From contig CP060768.1 in assembly GCA_023205875.1 (NCBI GenBank), positions 434,001 through 498,000 on the forward strand: 64,000 nucleotides of DNA. The letters are read 5' to 3'. Below are positions 32,032 to 40,878 of the stretch, one piece after another. A program made the translations under genes and the position numbers. The notes below the pieces were generated by a model that did no database searches, was not told the origin of the DNA, and saw only the letters and a list, made by a program, of their open reading frames with translations. The stretch comes from Chloropicon primus (taxonomy: Eukaryota). Within the stretch, counting starts at the first letter, position 1; the number at the start of each line of letters is the position of its first letter.

Positions 32032-34837
32032 GTCCTGTAGCATCATGTTGACGAGCATTGGATGCGGGGTCACTACCTCTTTGGCCTTTCTGTTCTCGGA
32101 CTTCTGCCGGCCGGAGCCAACGTTCACGCCGCCTCCTTCTGCGTTCTCCTTGTACCCCTTGCCGATTTTGCAATCGTTATGGCTGCAGGACAAGCACCTC
32201 AAGCCCCTTGAACCGTTGGTTGGGATCAAGGGGATCGAGGGGATCTTCTCGATCAAGGCTTTCTCGGACTCAGGTTTCTTTGTACACGGAACACAAAACC
32301 AGAAGCCAATCGTGTTCTTCAGTTGTGTCATGCCAATTTCCTTGCTCATGTCCCAAAGCTCCTTCTTGTCGACAGACTCCGTCGCTTTCAAGAAGCATCC
32401 GAACGAACACCACTGGTTAAAGCCGCTTTTGAATATGAAACGATGGCAGTACCAGCACCAGTTCGACAAGAGGTAAGTGGGATTGTGCCCAGCTCGATCA
32501 CGTTCCTCCCCCGGAACCGGTGTCAGAGCTCCTGTTTTGACCAAGGGGCACTCAGCGTGGCCAAGATAATCACAGCAAACACAGCGCAGAGCTTGAATAC
32601 CGTCTGTAGTAGGAACTTGAGGAAACTCCTTCATCGGCTCCCTTGCTTTGGTCTTCCTCTTCCCTTTCGTGTTGGTCTTGGCCTGTGTCTTCCTTGTCGT
32701 ACCAGTGCTCAAGGGACTGCTGCTGCAACGTTCACAGGGACATGCAGCGGCATCAAATTTGCGAAGCTCTCTCTCCCTCTCCCCGCCGTCCTCGGCGTCG
32801 CTGTCCACCAGAATGCAAGGACGACTCCTCTTGCACATGTCACAACCACAAATGCATCGAGTATGTGCTGGAGCGGTGTTCGCGGTGCCTGTTGTCCTGG
32901 ACGACTTGCGAGAGCATTTACCAGCGCAGGGGCATTCGAAGAAATCTTTTTGAGTCACAGAGATCGCGGTTTCTGGGAAACATTCATTCTCAAACACGAC
33001 ATCGACATGTTCTCCCTTTAGTGCATCCGCAAAGTACTCAAAGACTCTGCTCAATGCGTCTTCATCCAAGCCGTGTCCATCACGGTTTTCAAACAACTCG
33101 TCCCTCACGGAGTGAACGTGGCAGTATTGCCTGTAGGTCTCCAGGAACTCCATGTGCTCCTCGCGAAGAATGATGTCGTAGTTCGCTTCCGTGATGGAAC
33201 AAGCAGCGACGAGCACACGAACTGTGGGTTGGTTCTTCCATGCGCGGACGAGATCACTCGCCCGTTGCTCCACAAAGCGCTTTCCAAGAAGATACTCCTC
33301 ATCTCCAGCGAGAACCTGGGCTACGGCCTCTTGAACGTGTCTCTCCTCGGTGACGACGGCATCCACTTCTGTCAAGCACGCAACCGTTGCTATGTTCGCC
33401 TTACAGCACCTTTCCAAGAGCGTCCCGAGCGTCGCAAGCTCCCTTGTAAGCCGATCTGCACGGGTGCAGAGTTCTGCGTATTTGCCCTCGTCGCAGACCT
33501 TCTTCACCCATTCTTGGACGGCAGCCTCCTCCGAGGTCGAGCCTCTGCAAAGGTCCCAATTGTGATTTCAATCACCGGCAGCTTCCGCTTAGCGCAACAT
33601 CCTTCTGAAGGTTGTCGCGCACCTTGAGAGGACGTGGAGGAGTAGGCACCGTTGGACATATATCGAAGTAGACTTGGCGACGTCAGTTCCAGGCGACGTA
33701 CGGGCAATACCTACGAGGAGAAGGGGTTTCCCGTGCTTCTGCTCCCCCGGCTTCTCCAGATTCTCCAGCTTGTGCCTCAGGACGTGCTCGACGTGTTCGA
33801 CGAGGAGACAAAGTTCCTCAGAAGTGTGTTGGCCCGATGCTACAGAACAACGGGTGGCGCCGGACTTGAGCATGCAGTGCGACGCCGAGTACACGGCTTG
33901 CCCGTCCGAGGTGCTTGCAGCCTTGCTCATGTACTTTTTGAGCTCCTCTTTCTTTTCCTCCCCAATCAAAGCTGCTGCATGGGACGTCGGGATACACGCC
34001 AGTATAGAGGCCTGCCCTGCGCGCTCAGCAAGGTAGTCGAGGTCCTTGTAAGCTTGTGGCCGTCTCGACAATCGCGACAAGGCAGCTACAAGAAGCGCGC
34101 AAGGCTCGCCCTTCTCCTTCGCAAGGGCAAGAGCTTTCGTAAGAACTTTGCGGTCCTTGAGGCATCGCGAGCGGCTGGCGGTCCCAAGCTCCACGAAACG
34201 AAATGCTTTCACCTGTTTAGGAAGATCTTTGCCGAGCAACGCGCTTGAGATCGTGGCCGCCTGACCAGCGAGCTTGTTCCCAAGCCCCTCCTGCACAATG
34301 GACTCGCGGAGGAAGACGATGCAGTGGGTCAGTCCTTTCAAGCCCTCAACGAGCTCCAGGTAGACTCCGCCACGGCCTCGGACCACGCGGACCAGGGTCA
34401 GCTCCTCAGGCTGGCGAGTTCGCTCCGCCCGTGTACCCTCGCGTGCAAGGGTGGGCCGCGGGCCAGCTGATTCGTCTGCGAAGCGAAGAGAGGCAATAAG
34501 TCCATCCGCATTGAGAAGCGTCGTCGGATCCACGTTTTCCTCGATGGCGGCCATCTCCCGCTCCCTATGAGGTCCCGCGGAGGTCGCCATGGCCACTGTG
34601 CAAGCGTTGGTGTCCAGGCTTGCCGCACGGCTGCCCGCTGCCCTGCAAGTGGGTGAAGACAGAGACATTGGCACCACAATCCTTGGGCGCCACCCGCCAT
34701 CCTTGGGCGCCATCCCCCTGGAGAACCGCGGCCGGGGTGGCGCCACCAGCCCCTTCTTCACATGACGTCCCAGTATTCGTCAGTCTCCTCTTCTTCGTCG
34801 GCAACCCGCGGCTGTAGTATTCCAGGAGGTAACTCAT
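32026..34837 (-). CDS. Spliced gene with two tandem serine-recombinase (resolvase-like) catalytic domains and C-terminal Cys-rich zinc-finger modules; intron 33545-33622; 5' end uncertain
   Basis: Domain 1: CIVFLRESIVQ...AGQ...FVE...DRKVL...LLVAALSRLSR. Domain 2: LVGIARTSPG...SIYVQ...LCTRADRLTRE. A 78-nt GT..TTTGCAG intron removes the only two in-frame stops between ORFs 33589-34761 and 32026-33507. Confidence 0.7.
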
Positions 34838-35122
34838 CGCTTTCTCTCTGGTCGTGGTCTTCTCGTCCCCACTCGTCGGCCGCCTCGTTCGCGGCTCTGG
34901 CGTTACGGCGGCTCTCTTTCTCTCTCCAGCTCCCGCCAGGTCACACACCTCGCCGTCCTCCTCGCCGTTACGATCTTATTGTCCTAGTATAATTAGACTA
35001 AACCTAAACCTAGTATAATTAACGTCTCTCACAGAACCCTTGTCTCACGGAGCAAGAGGTAAGGCGGCTGTTGTTTCGCCGCGGTGTTGTTTCGACACCG
35101 GATGTGATCCCCGTACTAGAGC

Positions 35123-35214
35123 CTCACCCAGGCGGGGTCGAACCGCCGACCTCCCGATTTCTCCCGATGAGGGGATAACAGTCGGACGCTCTAACCAAAC
35201 TGAGCTATGGGTGA
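35123..35214 (-). tRNA. trnN: tRNA-Asn(GUU) with a 17-nt intron (35159-35175) at the canonical 37/38 position
   Basis: Acceptor TCACCCA/TGGGTGA+G, D-arm AGCTCAGTTTGGTTAGAGC, anticodon arm TCCGA-CTGTTA^A-TCGGG, T-arm GGCGGTTCGACCCCGCC. Confidence 0.93.
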
Positions 35215-35599
35215 TTCGCACGGGGTTTCTACTCTGCTGGAAAAAAACAAAGAATTATGCTATGTATACTGTTGTTGCGCAGAGTAGAAACTCCACCTTA
35301 GGATCGATCGCCCTCTTCAGAGGTGCATGGATCCCCAGGGTAGTCGGAGGGGAGGGAGAGCGAAGGATTGGCGGGGAAGGCAACGCAGTCCAACGTGGGT
35401 CTCTTCTCTTGATCCTACCACCGGCGTTGACCAGCGTTGGTGGAAGGCTTTGAGCGCGAGGCGAGAAGTCCATTCGTGCATGGATCCCCATGGATGTAGT
35501 CGTCGGGTACCTCAGGAGGTCCGACGACTACCCTGGGCCTGAAACTCGGAGGGGAGGGAGAGCCTAACTAAAGGAAAGGCACTTTGTTGAGCATTGCCT

Positions 35600-35870
35600 T
35601 CGTTGCCTTCTTCCTGAGATTCGTGGGCTTGTTGTCGCTGCTGCTGCCGAAGCCTTCCTCCTCCTCGTCTGATCCTCGGTTCGCCTCGATCCAGTCGGCG
35701 TCGGCGATGTCATCATTACCGTTCTCCTCTGAAGATTCTATGCAACTGTCTGGGTCCGAACCACAAGGCGGAGGCAGGTCCTGGCTTCGAGCCCACTTGA
35801 GAACATCAAGGTGCCCTCCGTAAGCTGCCCATTCGCAAGTCTCCGCGGGACCTTTCTCACCTGACAGGCC
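35600..35870 (-). pseudogene. Fragment of an ankyrin-repeat family gene (3' end)
   Basis: Translates as WAAYGGHLDVLKWARSQDLPPPCGSD...; strong nucleotide similarity (inverted) to 58925-59070. Confidence 0.7.
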
Positions 35871-36384
35871 TGGAAGTGACGAGGAGGAGGAGGCACAGGA
35901 AACCGAGGAGGAGGAGGAGGACTACTCTGATGACGAGTACGCCGACCATTCTGACGACTTGTTCGACGATGACGGTGATGGTTGTTGACGACCGATCTCC
36001 TAAACCCAGCATCCTCATTCATCCTCAGTGTAAATCTGAACAAAAAACAACAAGAACCAAACTACACTACACTACACTACACCACGCGGTGGTCAGTCAT
36101 CCTATTACTACAACAAAAAAACTCCTCCCTCCCTCCCTCCCTGGTCATCATCACCTCATCATCATCCAAAGCAAAACTAAAACACCAAAAGAAAACTTCG
36201 TCGTCGTCGTCGTCAGTATCGCCACCATCACAACTTTCTCTCTCTCTCTTTGATGCTGATGCTGTTCATCATCATCATTATTCATCTGTCCTAAACCTTA
36301 AAGACAAGCCTTGCACGGTTAAAAACCCAAGACCCGCCGGATTGGCCTAGGTTTTCTTTTTCTGTAGCAGCAAGTGATTTGAGC

Positions 36385-36850
36385 CCGTTGCTTCGTGGGA
36401 AATAGAAAGCAGGGCTTTTGCCCAATGCTGCGTTAGGTTTTTTCCAGGAACCTAAACCCCTAAACTCACCTTCATCTTCACTCCGTTGCTTCGTGGGAAA
36501 TAGAAAGCAGGGCTTTTGCCCAATGCTGCATTAGGTTTTTTTTCAGAAACCTTCACTCCTCCTCTCCCTCCCCCCAACACCCAAATCCCCCTCTCTGTCA
36601 AAAATCAGCCTCATCTCCTCCATCACCCTCCTCCTCAGCTCCTTCACCTCCACTCCGTTGCTTCGTGGGAAATAGAAAACAGGGGGGCTTTTGCCCAATG
36701 CTGCACTAGGTTTTTATCAGAAACCTAAACCCCTAACCTCACCTTCACTCCTCCTCCCCCTCCTCCTCTCCCTCCCCCCCAACACCCAAATCCCCCTCTC
36801 TGTCAAAAATCAGCCTCATCTCCTCCAACACCCTCCTCCTCAGCTCCTCC
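36385..36850. repeat. Tandem segmental duplications of the PPR-gene 3' end and downstream region
   Basis: CCGTTGCTTCGTGGGAAATAGAAA...TTTTGCCCAATGCTGC at ~36385, ~36483 and ~36654; CCCCAACACCCAAATCCCCCTCTCTGTCAAAAATCAGCC at ~36572 and ~36777. Confidence 0.9.
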
Positions 36851-37665
36851 TCGCCCTGCTTGGAGCACAGCCTGAGGACCTTCTCGTAGGCGCTCGCTTC
36901 CACCTGGACGCCAAACTTCATGAAGCATCGGATCAGCCCGAGGGCGTCGAGGGCATCCACGTTCCACTCGTAGAGGCTCGAGCAGAGCAGCGACACCGTG
37001 TACTTGTCCGGGGGGTTCCCTGCGAGCCAGAGCTGGCGCACCACCTTGGACAGGTCCTCGTCGCTCCCGTTGCAAGATCGCGTTGTTTTGTGGTGCAAGA
37101 TCGCGTTGATCGTGTAGGCGTCGGGGCAGATGCCCCAGGACCTCATGATCCGCAGGACCCTCCTGCTGCTGCTGCTGCTACGGGAGCGGTGCAGCGCGGC
37201 GTTCAGGCACTGCAGGGTCCGGTCGGGGGACCGCCTCAGGGCCTCCCCGAGGGCGTGGGTCCCCGTGAACCTCGCCAGCGTCGCCTCCAGGCTGCCCGCG
37301 TCGTCGTCGTCGACGGACGCCGCCAGCACGGCCTCCATGAACTCCCTCGAGGGGCCACCGGAGGAGGCGGCGGCCTGCCTCCTAAAGTAATCCCGCCTCC
37401 ACTCCCTCCGACGGCGTCGCCGGCGGAGATCAGCGGAGGCACCCGAGGAAGCCTCGTCCAGCGCCCTCCTCGCCCTCTCCTCGAGCTCCGCGTCCTTGGT
37501 CTCCCTGGCCGTCCGGAGGAGCACCGGCAGCGCGGCGGTCGCCTCCTTGACCGTCCTCGAGCAGGAGGTCCTTTGGACGGCCTTGGCGAAGGCCTCCTGC
37601 GCCCCGCACAGGTCCCCCTCCCTCAGCGCCGCCCTCATCCGCCCCACCAGCGACGACGGCCTCAT
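36745..37665 (-). CDS. Pentatricopeptide-repeat (PPR)-like protein, possibly degenerate
   Basis: MRSWGICPDAYTINAIL, LAGNPPDKYTVSLL and MKFGVQVEASAYEKVL at ~35-aa spacing. Confidence 0.6.
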   Translation of the reverse strand: MRPSSLVGRMRAALREGDLCGAQEAFAKAVQRTSCSRTVKEATAALPVLLRTARETKDAELEERARRALDEASSGASADLRRRRRRREWRRDYFRRQAAASSGGPSREFMEAVLAASVDDDDAGSLEATLARFTGTHALGEALRRSPDRTLQCLNAALHRSRSSSSSRRVLRIMRSWGICPDAYTINAILHHKTTRSCNGSDEDLSKVVRQLWLAGNPPDKYTVSLLCSSLYEWNVDALDALGLIRCFMKFGVQVEASAYEKVLRLCSKQGEEELRRRVLEEMRLIFDREGDLGVGGEGEEEGEEE

Positions 37666-37910
37666 CTTCGAGATGTCCTTGACCTGCTACCGCGCGCGCC
37701 GACGGCCGCCATCTTTTTCTTTTTTTTCAAGAGAGAGAGAGATCCGATGCCAGGAGCCAAAAAAAGAGAAAAGAAGGAGAGACGAGACTCCAATGGGACG
37801 GGACGTATTTGAGAAGGAAACCAAAGAAGAAGAAAAAAGAAAGAGGTCGGTCGGCCATACGATACACTACACACGCGGGTGGTGCGTGCATGCATGACCC
37901 ACGACTCGGC

Positions 37911-38230
37911 CAATCCTAAGCCGATCCTAAAACCAATCCTAAGCCTAAGCCGATCCAGAAACCCATTCTGAGCCGCTCCTAAAACCATCCTAAGCCGCTC
38001 CTAATCCTAAAACCATTCTGAGCCGCTCCTAAGCGATCCTAATCCTAAAAACATCCTGAGCTGCTCCTCAACTCATCCTAAGCCGTTCCTAACCGCTCCT
38101 AATCCTAAAACCCATCCTAAAGGATCGTAATCGATCCTAAAACCATCCTGAGCCGCTCCTAATCGATCCCAAAACACCCAATCCCCCCCAAACCATTCCC
38201 ATTTTCCCCAAAAGGCCTAACACCTAAACC
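37911..38230 (+). repeat. Degenerate telomere-like satellite (CCTAA core; TCCTAAAACCATCCTAAGCCGC-type higher-order unit)
   Basis: Dense run of CCTAA/CCTGA cores with recurring AGCCGCTCCTAATCCTAAAACCAT. Confidence 0.85.
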
Positions 38231-38428
38231 CCTCCATTCCACCACAAACCTTGCTTCTTCTCTGATCATCTCTTGACCATCACCATCGAACAAAACTGTC
38301 TCTCTCCTTCCTTCCCATTCTCCCCTCGTTCCGTTCGTTCCCCCCTCCCCCTCCCCTCCTTCCCCCCTCTCCCCGCGTCCCATGGACAATCCCTCCCTCC
38401 TCATTCAGCAGCACCAGCACCAGCAGCA

Positions 38429-38538
38429 ATGGCGTCGTCGTCGACGACGTCGCCGTCCTCGCTCCTCGTCTTGGCCGGCGTCGTCGCCTTGGCCGTCGTC
38501 GCCTTGGCCGACACCACCACCACCACCACCACCACCAG

Positions 38539-38585
<47 letters not shown>

Positions 38586-40689
38586 GGAAGCTCAAACCGC
38601 CCAAGCCCTTGCTCATGCCAGAGTCTCACCTCGGCACGACGATGTACTCGGAGCACCACGTCATCGTGACGATGTACTCGGCGAGGAAGGACATCCTTTA
38701 CGAGGTGGACGGGAGCGGAACCTGGACCAAGTACACGGAAGAGGTCGTGATATCCGAGCCTGGGGTGCACACCGTGATTGCCGTGTCTGTGGACGGTGGG
38801 ATCCACTCGGAGAACTCCACGGCAGTGTACAAGGTCGCTGCCGTGGCCAAGGTCAGTGCACATTCCACCCTTTCCACCCATCAAGCAAGCAATCAAGCCT
38901 CTGTGGTACTGACACTCCTCCTCCTCCTCACAAGGGCGCGGCTTACGACGGCTACCTGGACCACTGCACGGTCGGCCTCGACCTGGACGCCGACCTGGAA
39001 ATCGACTCCACAACCACCTCCTCCTCGACATCATTGGATTCCTTTGGCAGGGCCTACTACAAACTCACCTCTCTCTCCCCCCTCGTTCGGGGGTTCGTGA
39101 TGCTCCTGCCGGACCACCCAAAGGACTGCGTCTGCGGCGTCCCAAAGCCGACTTGCTGCTGCGATAAGTCCGTTGGAATCCCCCAGATGCTCTACCTGAG
39201 GACGCCGTCCAACGCCACCCAGCTCAACCCTGCGACGACGATCCTTTCGCAGATGCTGGTCTTGAGGCCCGAGCTGTCCCTCGGCGAGGCCCAGGACGCT
39301 CTGAAGGCGGCCTGGGACATGCCCCGGGCTTACGACGTGGTGGGGGACGACATCTTGTGGCTTTCCCTGAACAGCTACTTGGACGTCCAAGGAAAGGGGC
39401 CACGGTCGTTCGTCAGGATGGCCCAGATCGAGGTGCTGGCGTGCTGCGTCGCGATGACGCTGGCCGGCTCCCTCGGCGTGGATTGGCCCGACTCCGCCAC
39501 GGCCACTTCCGTGTATTCCGCCATCGCGCAAGCCACCTTGGAGGCCTCAGCGCCTCTGGACTTGGCGTCGAAGGGGACCACGGAGAAGGTGGTTCGCTTG
39601 AGTTCGCAAAACTTGGCAAAACTACCTGCGGCTGCCCTGAATGCCACGTCAGAGATCGTCTCGAGGCTCTCCTCGGACCTCGTTCGCCTGCTCCACCGCT
39701 ACGAGGACGAGGGGGAGGCTTCTGCTTCTGACTTTTCCCTCCCCGTGGAGATCGCGGCGGTCAGCAGGGAGGCCAACACCGAGATCGGCAGAGATTTGAA
39801 CTTGGTCGCGGCGACCAAGCTTCCCGCGGAAGACTTTGAGAGGAAGCACCTCGTGGATCCTGAGCACCGCGGGGGTCCGCAGCCGCCAAAAAAAGTTGTA
39901 ACGCTCGAGGGGCAGCCGCCGAGCGAGCTGGAAGCACCGACGCCCATCGTGATGCCGAGCAAGCCGGCAAACCAGTCCATGGTGGAGACCTGGCAGTTCG
40001 TCCTGATCGGCGGGATCGGGGCCCCGATCCTTTTCCTGCTGGCGTTGTACGTCGCGAGGAGAAAGCGCAAGGGGGAGAAAGATCAGCTCTTGAACTTGGT
40101 GGAGAGGCACAACCTCCTGGGCGGGCCGGACGAGGAAGAAGGCCGCGTCCACTCGAGCAGCCACCACGACGAGGCCCATCACCGGTCGAAATCAACGACC
40201 TCCTCCTCCTCGTCCTCGTCGTCGTCGACATCGACTGGCAAGGCCAAGGCCAAGGCCAAGACGAAGCCTGCTCCTCTCAGCCAGAATGACGCCTTTGGGA
40301 GCCCCCAGAGGATCAGGCACAGGCCACCAAAGTCGGCCTCCGCGAAGCAGGAGCGTCAGACCCTGCTGTACGACCACCAGAGGCAGACGTGGCACATGCC
40401 GATCGAGGTCCCAGCCCCGCCCTCGAACTTGTCGACGCCCGAGGAGTCTCCTCGGTCGCCCTCGGGGGGCCAAATTCTGCACGCGATCGAAGAGCAGCAC
40501 GATGATGGCGATGAGGATGGGGATGGAGCCGGCGATGAGAGGCCAACGGTCGTCGTCGCCGTCGAGAGCAGAAATAGGAATCCTCTGCACAAGAATTCGA
40601 GATCGAAGCCGCCAAGGCCGCCTCCTCCTGCGAACGCGAACGTGTTCATCAGGAAACAAAGGCTGAAACTGTACAAGCCAAAGCAGTAG
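38429..40689 (+). CDS. Type I membrane protein of unknown function; intron 38852-38934
   Basis: Signal peptide, Thr/Ser linker, small Fn3-associated-like beta domain (ILYEVDGS...YTEEVVI...GVHTVIAVSV), TM segment FVLIGGIGAPILFLLALYVA followed by RRKRK. Confidence 0.7.
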
Positions 40690-40878
40690 CACCACTACCA
40701 CCACCCACCCACCAGTGTAAAAACAAAACAAAGCAAAACAAAACTACTAGTAATATAACTTGTTTCAATGAGTATTTATATTGTTGTAAATTACAATCTG
40801 CTGCTGCCCACCACTTTCGTCCAACACCAAACTCCCAAACTCCCCCCAAACAAACTCCCCCCATCATCAATCAATCAA

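Noticed and set aside
33504..33707. Programmed frameshift through the short alternative ORF to join the recombinase halves
   Set aside because: The two long ORFs are in the same frame, and a canonical 78-nt intron explains the gap more simply.
35315..35565. Assignment to RNase P/MRP, SRP, telomerase RNA, or hammerhead/HDV ribozyme
   Set aside because: Only short partial motif resemblances; the required core elements were not found.
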